Shown in pieces: positions 1 to 10,607 of a stretch of 64,000 nucleotides of DNA. The stretch covers positions 124,001 to 188,000 of the forward strand of contig NIVC01001111.1 in NCBI GenBank assembly GCA_002269645.1, in the 5' to 3' direction. The translations under genes and the position numbers were made by a program. Source of the DNA: Macrostomum lignano. Lineage: Eukaryota. The notes under the pieces were generated by a model. The model ran no database searches. It had not been told where the DNA came from and worked only from the letters and a program-made list of their open reading frames with translations. The stretch's first letter is position 1. Each line of letters opens with the position of its first letter.

Positions 1-1845
1 GCCCCGAAACATGCCGAGTTCATGGAAACTTCGGGGAGCACGTTGATGAGACAGGGGTACGTGAATCCGCGAAGAGGCAAGGTCCACATCTGCACGTCGC
101 GAAACTAGATTGGGGTTATGCGCGTGGTACATGTCTGGTTTCTTAGGATGAAACAGCTGTTTCAAAATCCAGTGAACGAGTCCAAGATAGCACTGATGAA
201 GCAGACACGGTGGACACCCATGCATGTAGTCGAAACCGTTTAACTGGTCCAACACTGACACGCACATAACGCCCAGATAGTTGTCCTTGCCGACCGGGAT
301 GTTGTGCGCCAGTAGGCGCGTGTCTCGCAAGCTACGAGCGTGCGGTGTAATACAACCGACTGCGGTTGCCAGCGCAACCGCCTCTTCTTTGCCACTGACT
401 GGGTACCGATTGGCACCCAATGATCTCTGCGTCTTCACATAGCAGTTGTCGCAGCCGAACTCTGCATTGTGACGCTTTAGACCGACAACCTCAGCTCTCT
501 GTGGGGCATCCAAGACGAATAGGTACGGGTGCAGTCGAAGAAGACCAGGCGCGTCGCCTTCAGTGCCACCACCTGTGCTGTAGGTGATCCCGATAGACCG
601 GAGCTCATTCAGCTCTCTAACAAGGCCGGGAAGGAAGGTGGATGTCTTGACTTTCGACTTTGCAGCCCAGAAACCACATACGACGATGAAACGCGATTTC
701 ATTGCTTCGTGTACTTCGTTGATACTCAAGTACACTGGGCACATTTCCATCAGCGCGTCTGCAAATACTGGAAAGCCGTCGATGTTCACAGTATACGACA
801 GATCTTGCTTCAAGTGTAGCCGAACTGAACGCTTGAAATGCCGATACTCGTCGCAACTGGATACTGAGACAAAATTACGATCTTCAGATGACAAATCGAC
901 AGGGAAAGTTACGCTCTGTAGAAGCCGGCACTGTTCAATTAACTGTCTGATTTGCAATTTAAAGTCGGTGGTATAAAACTTGGATACGCCGGCCGGCGAC
1001 AGTTCCTTGTTACAATAAGTGCAATTTTCACGGTTCTGAGCCTGTGCTGACGTGACCTCAGCACTACAGGAGGAACAGAACAGTCGGGGTGGCGATGTAA
1101 AGTCGTTCGCGAATGCCTGGACTGTTTTCCGTAGTAAATATACACTACCAGGCAGGTTGCTACCGACTGGCACAGCTGCATGGAAGAGGCGAAGCAGGTC
1201 AGCTATGCCTTTCCTTGGCAGAGACTGGCGCTCGCTGAACAAATGCACATAGGCCGCAAACGAATCGTAGGTCAACGGAGAGTCTAGGAAAAGTGCGGCT
1301 CCATTTCTCCTACGCGGCTGCATATCCATAGCTTCTGGGTTATGGGTGGCTCCATTGCCAACACACGGTACATCCTCATCCTCTGGTGGGCGGTCATCTT
1401 CAGTGAAGTCCTCACAATCGTCGCACTGCTCGATGGCGTCCAACGCCATTGGAGCGCCACTCCAATAGTCGTCATCTGGAGCTTCTTCGCCTGGTTCCTC
1501 AACGATAGATCTAGAAGATACGTCCTCATCGTCGTTGTCTGAATACTGCGAGCCGGTAGGCTCGACGACCATGGGAGTCTGGACGCCACTGCTACATCCA
1601 CCTGTTGCCAATGCTGGCTGCCAGCTGCTGCCAACACTGGCTACACTGTTGCTTGTTTGCGCGTCATGAGTGGTTGGTACGTCATGAGTGGTCCGAGTTG
1701 CAGTTAGTAAATGGCTCACTGAAGCTTCTGCTCGTGTCGGACGGGCTGTCGCCGCAACTGTCTGTCTGAGTGATTCTTTGAGTCGACTGAAGCGCCGTGC
1801 GATGGCAACTGACTTCTTGTCGAGCTCTTTTAGTCGTTCAAGTGA
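1..1845 (-). CDS. CACTA/EnSpm (CMC superfamily) transposase, large exon, runs off the window edge
   Basis: Hand translation gives 615 codons with no stop from a ttttcag acceptor (1846-1847) to position 1. Motifs: CSSC...CTYC zinc-finger-like pair, TVNIDGFPVF (first Asp), CPVYLSINE, FVLDAPQRAEVVGLKRHNAEFGCDNC (second Asp, D-x-P-x-R-A...H-N-x-x-x-G-C-x-x-C), CLLHQCYLG (C/D-x2-H). Absent from the ORF track because there is no stop codon inside the window. Confidence 0.85.
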
Positions 1846-2252
1846 CTGAAAATGAAGAAATTGAATACCTGTGTGACTAGGAGAGAATCCGTACTAAAAT
1901 TGTTAATTAACAAATACCATCATTCTACTATCAGTTTAAATCAGTTTGCTATCTTAGCCCAAGAGCCAACAAAGGGCGAAGCAATGGTTTCACACTAAAC
2001 TGGGTGATATCTGAAGTACATACGTCACAACGTAGCGCGATATACAAATTGCTGTGGGCGTATAAGGCGATAAAAATAAATAAAATTGACACACTCATTG
2101 TACATGTCATCATGAAATTTGTGTATGCACAGTTTATTGGACAGCATTAGTGCTCTACAAATCAAATAATTGCCCGAGCGCCAAGACACCGCAAAAGTTT
2201 ACACGTACAAGTTTATACACCATTTGATAAGATTATCACGTTCACAACAAGT

Positions 2253-3310
2253 CAGCGGGCCGGTTTAGAACGGACCATTGAGCGGGCCAACCAGCGGGCC
2301 AACCAGCGGGCCGGTTTAGAACGGGCCAACCAGCGGGCCAACCAGCGGGCCAACTAGTGGGCCGAGCAGCGGGCCGGTTTAGATCGGGCCAGTGAGCGGG
2401 CCAACCAGCGGGCCGTGCAGCGGGCCGGTTTAGAACGGACCATTGAGCGGGCCAACCAGCGGGCCAACCAGCGGGCCGGTTTAGAACGGGCCAGTGAGCG
2501 GGCCAACTAGTGGGCCGAGCAGCTGGCCGGTTTAGAACGGACCATTGAGCGGGCCAACCAGCGGGCCAACCAGCGGGCCGGTTTAGAACGGGCCAATCAG
2601 CGGGCCAGTGAGCGGGCCAACTAGTGGGCCGAGCAGCTGGCCGGTTTAGAACGGACCATTGAGCGGGCCAACCAGCGGGCCAACCAGCGGGCCGGTTTAG
2701 AACGGGCCAACCAGCGGGCCAGTGAGCGGGCCAACTAGTGGGCCGAGCAGCTGGCCGGTTTAGAACGGACCATTGAGCGGGCCAACCAGCGGGCCAACCA
2801 GCGGGCCAACCAGCGGGCCGGTTTAGAACGGGCCAACCAGCGGGCCAGTGAGCGGGCCAACTAGTGGGCCGAGCAGCTGGCCGGTTTAGAACGGGCCATT
2901 GAGCGGGCCAACCAACGGGCCAACCAGCGGGCCGGTTTAGAACGGGCCAACCAGCGGGCCAGTGAGCGGGCCAACTAGTGGGCCGAGCAGCTGGCCGGTT
3001 TAGAACGGGCCATTGAGCGGGCCAACCAACGGGCCAACCAGCGGGCCGGTTTAGAACGGGCCAACCAGCGGGCCAACCAGTGGGCCGCGCAGCGGGCCGG
3101 TTTAGAACGGGCCAGTGAGCGGGCCAACCAGCGGGCTAATCAGCGGGCCGATCTGCGGATCGGTTTCGAGCGGGCCATTAGCGGGCTAATCAGCGGGCTT
3201 CAGAGCAGGCCGAGTTTCAGCGGGCCAATTTGTTGTAAAAGGCCTGTAATACGGGCCGATTCGCTTCGGCCCGCTAATGGCCCGCTCAAAAGCCCACTGA
3301 GGCCCGCTAA
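2253..3310. repeat. GC-rich subterminal array built on the core GCGGGCC
   Basis: Many spaced copies of cagcgggccaac / gcgggccggtttagaac with blocks of about 120 bp repeated; the core flips to ggcccgct near 3265-3310. Confidence 0.9.
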
Positions 3311-3373
3311 GTTTTTCAACCGGGTTTGTGCGTTTATTGCCTCGTAGTCTCAAAATGTCTTTGAAAATGTTTT

Positions 3374-3815
3374 TCAATTATCAATAATTGTGGCGCCTCA
3401 TCAATTATCTAAAGCAGTTTCAATTATCAATAATTGTGGCGCCTCATCAATTACCTAAAGCAGATCTAATTATCAATAGTTGTGGCGCCTCATCAATTAT
3501 CTAAAGCAGTTTCAGTTATCAATAGTTGTGGCGCCTCATCAATTATCTAAAGCAGTTTCAATTATCAATAGTTGTGGCGCCTCATCAATTACCTAAAGCA
3601 GATCTAATTATCAATAATTGTGGCGCCTCATCAATTACCTAAAGCAGATCTAATTATCAATAATTGTGGCGCCTCATCAATTACCTAAAGCAGATCTAAT
3701 TATCAATAATTGTGGCGCCTCATCAATTATCTAAAGCAGATCTAATTATCAATAATTGTGGCGCCTCATCAATTATCTAAAGCAGATCTAATTATCAATA
3801 ATTGTGGCGCCTCAT
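3374..3815. repeat. Minisatellite, 46-bp unit, about 9.5 copies
   Basis: Unit ttatcaataattgtggcgcctcatcaattacctaaagcagatctaa. Confidence 0.92.
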
Positions 3816-4317
3816 AATTCATGTGAATTAGATTTTATGAGTCCGAATAATCGCCAGAGCAAAGTTTTCATCCAGATTGGAAGTATCTGTGTAAGCAAAG
3901 TCAGAAGTCGAGAGAGAGAGAAGTAGCAAAATCTTCCAGGAGCAGCAGATCTGGCTGCCACTTGCCAGGCATTTGATAACAGCAAGAGAGTTGATGGGAG
4001 TGACAAGAAGCAGGTTCCGAGGTCCTCCTGCATGAATTGCATGGCTCTGCTTAGCCAAGATAATGCATGGTAAAATCATTGGATGCATGGCTGCAGTGGT
4101 GAAGACGTTACAAAACATATCTGCAGAAGTTAAGGAAAAGTGCTTCGAGATTGCAACATTTTAACTGTTTATCAGTGTTGTTTACTTTGATTTAGCAGAG
4201 GCTAATAAGTAATTCTGCTTCCATGGGAATTGTTCTGCATGCATGGAAGATTAAGATACATTAATATTTCCTGAAAACATTTTGTCATGAATAGCTTTCT
4301 GGAAGTTATCATGTAGC

Positions 4318-5515
4318 AATCAGTGTTCCTGGAATCATCAGTTATTCTTGGAATCATCAATCAGTGTTCCTGGAATCATCAAGCTGTGTTCCTGGAGTCA
4401 TCAGTTATTCTTGGAATCATCAATTATTCTTGGAATCATTAATCCGTGTTCCTAGAATCATCAGTTATTCTTGGAATCATCAGTTATTCTTGGAATCATC
4501 AATCAGTGTTCCTGGAATCATCAAGCTGTGTTCTGGAGTCATCAAGCTGTGTTCTGGAGTCATCAAGCTGTGTTCCTGGAATCATCAGTTATTCTTGGAA
4601 TCATCAAGCTGTGTTCTGGAGTCATCAAGCTGTGTTCTGGAGTCATCAATCAGTGTTCCTGGAATCATCAGTTATTCTTGGAATCATCAGTTATTCTTGG
4701 AATCATCAATCGGTGTTCCTAGAATCATCAGTTATTCTTGGAATCATCAGTTATTCTTGGAATCATTAATCGGTGTTCCTAGAATCATCAGTTATTCTTG
4801 GAATCATCAGTTATTCTTGGAATCATCAGTTATTCTTGGAATCATCAGTTATTCTTGGAATCATCAATCGGTGTTCCTAGAATCATCAGTTATTCTTGGA
4901 ATCATCAGTTATTCTTGGAATCATCAATCGGTGTTCCTAGAATCATCAGTTATTCTTGGAATCATCAGTTATTCTTGGAATCATTAATCGGTGTTCCTAG
5001 AATCATCAGTTATTCTTGGAATCATCAGTTATTCTTGGAATCATCAGTTATTCTTGGAATCATCAATCGGTGTTCCTAGAATCATCAGTTATTCTTGGAA
5101 TCATCAATCGGTGTTCCTAGAATCATCAGTTATTCTTGGAATCATCAATCGGTGTTCCTAGAATCATCAGTTATTCTTGGAATCATCAGTTATTCTTGGA
5201 ATCATCAATCGGTGTTCCTAGAATCATCAGTTATTCTTGGAATCATCAGTTATTCTTGGAATCATCAATCGGTGTTCCTAGAATCATCAGTTATTCTTGG
5301 AATCATTAATCGGTGTTCCTAGAATCATCAGTTATTCTTGGAATCATCAGTTATTCTTGGAATCATCAATCGGTGTTCCTAGAATCATCAGTTATTCTTG
5401 GAATCATCAGTTATTCTTGGAATCATCAATCGGTGTTCCTAGAATCATCAGTTATTCTTGGAATCATTAATCGGTGTTCCTAGAATCATCAGTTATTCTT
5501 GGGATCATCAATTGG
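4318..5515. repeat. Minisatellite of mixed 19- and 22-bp units
   Basis: Units gaatcatcagttattcttg and gaatcatcaatcggtgttccta; explains the repetitive ORFs at 4364-5322. Confidence 0.93.
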
Positions 5516-8503
5516 TGTTCCTGAAACATCAACTGCTACATGCCAAGAATTATGTACAAGTGCTGGAATTATATATCAACGTCGATTGCTCGTACAGGAA
5601 CTCAAGTCCATGCTAATGAACAAATACGGCGATTCATTACCAATCAAGTCAGTTAGATCTGAAGTAGTTAACTTATATAGCTTTCGCTACTTTGAGTAGG
5701 CAGTTCTGCTTTTAAACTAAAAAAAGATTTGAATTATAGAAAAAAGCAAGACCAAAAAACAAGAAATCACAAGTATTTTTTTTCCACAAATAACAACCAA
5801 ACAGAATCAATAAATGATCTTTCAGTCCCGGCGATGAGGCGGGCTTCAATCAGGATCAGTCCACAGCGTTGCTGTATAATCACACAGGTGTAAACAGGCA
5901 TATACAGCAATATTTCTGTCTGGAGCAGTAGACTACCCCAGGTCCACAAGCGCACCAATCAGACATACAGGTGTTAAAGGTTAAGCGCTTTATTATTTTA
6001 ATTATACATTAGAAAACTGATGACAACTCGGCACCAAAAAACTGACAGACATACTTAGCGCTAAAAATCATTAGAAACTGACTTAAAAACGCAGAATATA
6101 TTAAATAAGAGGGGTTACTAGTGGGGGCCGATTTCAATTATACACAATTAGACCGGTTCCGCGATCTGGCAAAGGCTTTGAAAGGAAATTTATTAACAAT
6201 GGTAGCTTATTATAATATATGTATATATGTGCATATATAGCAATTTATAAATATTACCCAAAACAAGTCGGTGACGTTAGTAAGGCTCAATTAACACGAG
6301 ACACAAGTTACACAGATATACGCATTAAAGCCTATAATAACAAAATGAAACGGCTATAATGTACAGTCCATTCTTCATTAAACATTATTACCTCGAAAGT
6401 TCACAGATGCTAGAATAACTAGATGGGCAACTCAGCACATTTGCATGTAAGCTACTTTCAGTTCAGTAGTAAGTTAAACAGAAGTATTTTAATGTATTTT
6501 TAAAGCCAAGGCTTATTTATTGGCTCTTACGAGTATCCCAACTTAAACCCTCCAACCGCGCCTTTCCACACTACCCTCCACGCCCATGCAGCTGCCATGT
6601 ACATTTCAGTGGACTGGCCAATGTACATTATTGCTGAACCAATTACCAAGCTGTTTACGCCTGCAAGCTTGGGCTTCTAAAATTATCAAAGTCATTTCAG
6701 CTGGCTTTATTCTTATAAAATAGCTTATGTATTCTTCTTTGCTACTGAACTGAAATAGAAAGCTGCTTTACTAAGTAAAAATGCCTGAGTGGCCCATCTG
6801 GTTATTTAGGTATCTGTGCCTCGAACTAAACTTACCTTGACAATTGCTGGCTATAAATTGAATAAAATTATACAGGATGACTCCGCGGGGGGGCTTTGAC
6901 TCTCTGTACACAGGCAATAGATAAACATGCAATTTATACTACTTACAATAGTTACAAAGCAGCTTTAATGATATAAATAACAAGCATTAAATTAAATGTT
7001 TTGTTAGCTTTTTAAAAAAGTGTCGCCAGAATAGAGAGACATAAATTAACGGAGACAAGATGAGCTATATATATAACTGGCAAAGAAAAGAGTACAGTAT
7101 GAAATACAAGGCGTGCTGAAATAGTTCATCTTGGATAATATAAGGTTAACGCACACAAAATCTCTAATAGTGAAAGATGGACTGCATTGTCTATTGGCTA
7201 TGTTATGAAAGCCGAACTGGCTACTAAATATGCAGTAGTGTAGCAGGGTAGTGTGAAGCACTTTTTATTCAAGGTGATTCTAAATCAAAGAGAAAAATAT
7301 TTATTAAAAACCAAATATTTATGTTTCATCGATCATCACTGACAGGATAGTTAGAAACGCATAAAAATATACACTAAGGCGATCAGGTGCAAAAAAGGGT
7401 AAAGCAAAATAATACAGCAAACTAACAAATCAAATAGGGATGTATACTATAATTATAAAATATATATAAATGAAAAATTTATTATTTATTTTGCAGCTAA
7501 ATCAGCCAGTCTAACAGTTGACAGTAATGTTAGTAATGAGCGAGCCGAGAGGGCAGATGACCGTACAGAAATATAAGAGTACACAGCACAGTTTTCACTC
7601 AAGGAAATGGCAAAAATCAAGAGAAAAAAGGAGAAAGCGAAAAAAACAAAAAGACTGTTTATATATGATCAAAAAAGGCATAAGAGCCAATTTAGTTAAT
7701 TAATTCTAGTTTCAAAAGCATCGACAAAAATTAGCGGGACATTGTCCTAAACCACTAGCTGGCAAAACTATCAATGGATACAATAGACAGAGCCAAAAAA
7801 TTAAAATATGCGCAAAATTTTAACATAAGATTAAGACCAGAACCAGGTAAAATATATAAATAAACTTTTAGAATAATCAATTAATAAATTCCATGCTTCC
7901 CATTCTAGAGAACATGCTTCAACAATTTCACTACTTTAAGTAGCAAGGAAGAATGCGTAAGTTTGAGCGACTTGCAGACGTAATTAAACAGCTTGCTATT
8001 TATTCAGCCGTTAATGTACATTGGCCACAGCTCCGCTGAGAATGTACATTACACCAGCATTAGGCTCTAGAGGCGATAAGAGTCTTATGCTAAAATACGT
8101 TTAGAAAAAGACTTATTATTTAGTTTTCTACTGAAAGTAGCTTACACGCAAATTAGCATTTTTTGCCCTAAACGCAATAAAACAAACAATAAACACAAAA
8201 GTATCGAGCACAGTTTAACAATGAGTCCAAAAAACACTTCCCAATTTAACCGACTTTAAGTTTCGGAAATAAGCTTTGTTCACAGACAAATGAAGGTCAT
8301 ATAAGAAGACAGGGACATGCTGTCTCTCTCTCTTTTACAGCAATTTCTGCCCCAGTGCTCAAATCCAGTGTAAAGCCCATTATTATTGAAAGCAGCATCG
8401 AGGAAACAAAAAAGAAATTGAAACATACTAGAATCCCCAGACTCAGTCAGTCTGATCGGACAGGAAGACGAAAGAAACCCTTAGTCTACTAAAAATCAAT
8501 GAG

Positions 8504-8977
8504 TCAATTGTTCTGACCGTTGCTGCTGCGAGCGTCGGCCGCCTCGCCAGGCGATGACGGGGCAGAGGAAGCCGACGGCGAGCCCGACTGGTGCTGCATC
8601 AGATCTCCGCCGGCCTTCATAAAGTACTTCTCAATCTTGCCAATGATGTGCTTGCCGTAGGTGTACTTCCTCAGCGAGGCCATGTGCGGCCGGATCCGCA
8701 GCATGATAGCCTTGCGCTGCTGGGCATCAGCCGAGTCCAGAATGCGTTGGACAACGTAATTGGCGAATTGGTCCTTCATCATATTGTACAGCGCCTGCGG
8801 ATCCGGGTCGTCTAGGATCTCCGCCACCAGGGCCTGGCGCTCCTGCCGGCTGGCGTGGGTAACTACCTTCTCGATGACGTTGCTGGCGAACTTGTGCGTA
8901 GATAGGGACATGAGCTTGCCGCGGAGTACAGCGATCATGCGGGCTTTATCGTCAGGGCGGCCGTGCTCCAGGACGTG
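8504..8977 (-). CDS. pum: Pumilio (PUF family) coding exon 5, last; PUF repeats 6-8 and stop
   Basis: Acceptor ctttgaccag|CAC; [11 protein letters not shown]...[10 protein letters not shown]...[10 protein letters not shown]...YTYGKHI; stop at 8504-8506. Confidence 0.93.
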   Translation of the reverse strand, partial: HVLEHGRPDDKARMIAVLRGKLMSLSTHKFASNVIEKVVTHASRQERQALVAEILDDPDPQALYNMMKDQFANYVVQRILDSADAQQRKAIMLRIRPHMASLRKYTYGKHIIGKIEKYFMKAGGDLMQHQSGSPSASSAPSSPGEAADARSSNGQNN

Positions 8978-9048
8978 CTGGTCAAAGTTGGTTGGTTGGG
9001 GTACATTGACTGTCTAGTGTACATGGACTAGTGTGTACGTTTGAATGT

Positions 9049-9349
9049 TGGTGTACATTGGGGTGGGAAATCGGTGTACATTGGGGTAGGAAGATTGGTG
9101 TACGTTCGGGTAGGAAGATTGGTGTACATTGGGGTAGGAAGATTGGTGTACATTGCGGTAGGAAATCGATGTACATTGGGGTAGGAAGATTGGTGTACAT
9201 TGCGGTAGGAAGATTGATGTACATTGGGGTAGGAGGATTGGTGTACATTAGGGTAGGAAGATTGGTGTACATTGCGGTAGGAAATCGATGTACATTGGGT
9301 AGGAAGATTGGTGTACATTAGGGTAGAAATATCGGTGCACATTAGGGTA
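9049..9349. repeat. Intronic minisatellite, 24-bp unit (Pumilio intron 4)
   Basis: Unit ggtgtacattggggtaggaagatt. Confidence 0.9.
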
Positions 9350-9562
9350 GAATACTAGTGTATAAGAAGAGATTTTCGTATAGTAGATTAGAGTAGAAAT
9401 TCTCGCCTACATTCCCAGTCCCAGATACGAATCTAATTGTTTATTAGGGAATTTTAACAAATAAATTTAAGAAGCACATTAATGCAGTGAGAGCAAGTTT
9501 TGGGTGGAGAATAGTTCATATGTAGATGTCATATCTCTAGTAACAATACATTAAGAACCTAC

Positions 9563-9715
9563 CTGGACCACATAGTTGCCGTATTGATCCTGAACCAGCC
9601 TCTCAGTATATTGATGCAGCTCGTCTAAGATTGGCTGCGTTTGAGTAGCTGTGCAGTGCTCAAGAATGCGCTGAATGACCCGGCAGCCGTACGGATGGGT
9701 GGACAGCGAAAAGAC
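9563..9715 (-). CDS. pum: Pumilio coding exon 4 (PUF repeats 5-6)
   Basis: ttcag|GTC ... CAG|gtagg; [20 protein letters not shown]...DQYGNYVVQ; 51 codons. Confidence 0.93.
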
Positions 9716-9732
9716 CTGAAGGTCAAGTTGGT

Positions 9733-9810
9733 GTAGTAGTAGTAGTAGTGGTAGTAGTATTAATAGTAGTAGTAATAATAGTAGGAGTAGTAATAGCAGC
9801 AAGTAGTAGG
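9733..9810. repeat. (AGT)n microsatellite, imperfect
   Basis: gtagtagtagt tract; source of the spurious poly-Leu ORF start at 9802. Confidence 0.85.
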
Positions 9811-9812
9811 TA

Positions 9813-10177
9813 GCCGTAGCTTAGTGGTCTAGCGCGGCGGTCTGATGTGCCAGCGGCCCAGGCTCGATTCCGAGTGCAGTCGCAGTAATTTGAGGCTAAA
9901 TTGGAATCTCGGCTTGGCTCTGCTCGTGCAATTAACGCCATTGAGGGCCAACCCCCATGACACAGTGAAGTGTACATGCCTAACGATAAATAAAGTTAGG
10001 GCCGCTGTACACTCCTGTGTGAGTGCGTGCCTGTGCGTATGACTGCATACGTATCGGCGCGCTTGTATGCCTGCTCAGGGGAGTCGGCGGAATGGGCAGT
10101 AATGCCTCTCGCCGGTTGTGTGACAATGTCGCTTAAAGTGCGCCAGGGTGCACACAACCCTTGCCTCTAATAAAAAA
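9813..10177 (+). mobile_element. tRNA-derived SINE, family A
   Basis: Head gccgtagcttagtgg (A box) ... ggctcgattcc (B box), about 300-bp body and aataaaaaa tail; clearly homologous to the copy at 51337-51694. Confidence 0.8.
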
Positions 10178-10261
10178 GCACTAGTAGCAGTGCTAGTAGT
10201 TGTATTTCGTAAAATTCTGTAATAAAAAACAGCAAGTAAGCAAGAGTAGTAGAAGGCCCAC

Positions 10262-10399
10262 CTGATCTTTGAACGCCTCAATAATAAAGTCTAGATGAGC
10301 AGGGTCCACGCACTCGATGCATTTCTGCACAACGTGATTGCCGTTCTGATCTTTCACGCATTTCAACACGTGACCGTCGAGTTCGCGGACAATCTCAAC
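10262..10399 (-). CDS. pum: Pumilio coding exon 3 (PUF repeat 4); not in ORF track
   Basis: ctcgcag|GTT ... CAG|gtggg; [46 protein letters not shown]; 46 codons. Confidence 0.93.
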
Positions 10400-10607
10400 C
10401 TGCGAGCGCGGATTCGGAATGGAAAAGAGATGGTTTGATTAACCTCAACTATAAGCTGCACAAGTAATTAAGACTTTTGCGAAAATTCTCGTTTTACGAA
10501 ATCACAGACGGGCGTGTCGGGTAGCATACAGAATTGCAAAATGCGACACGCCCAGTACACGCCTGTAAAATGAGCTGGCATGAAAATTTAAGGGATCTTC
10601 AATTTTA

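Larger units (their letters stand above)
1..3324 (-). mobile_element. CACTA/EnSpm-type DNA transposon, 5' part
   Basis: Transposase exon plus 1-kb subterminal array, ending in a candidate terminus 5'-CCCGGTTGAAAAACTTAGCGGGCC (minus strand from 3324). The other end and TSD lie outside the window. Confidence 0.6.

Noticed and set aside
529-976. Plus-strand ORFs of 96 and 130 aa
   Set aside because: They are the antisense shadow of the CACTA transposase frame.
4364-5322. Repetitive ORFs here and over other arrays (11287-12432, 27332-27971, 37742-38329, 54671-55012)
   Set aside because: All coincide with minisatellites.
10510-10553. 10-bp inverted repeat gggcgtgtcg / cgacacgccc in Pumilio intron 2
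   Set aside because: Short with a 24-nt spacer; could arise by chance in 64 kb and has no supporting context.
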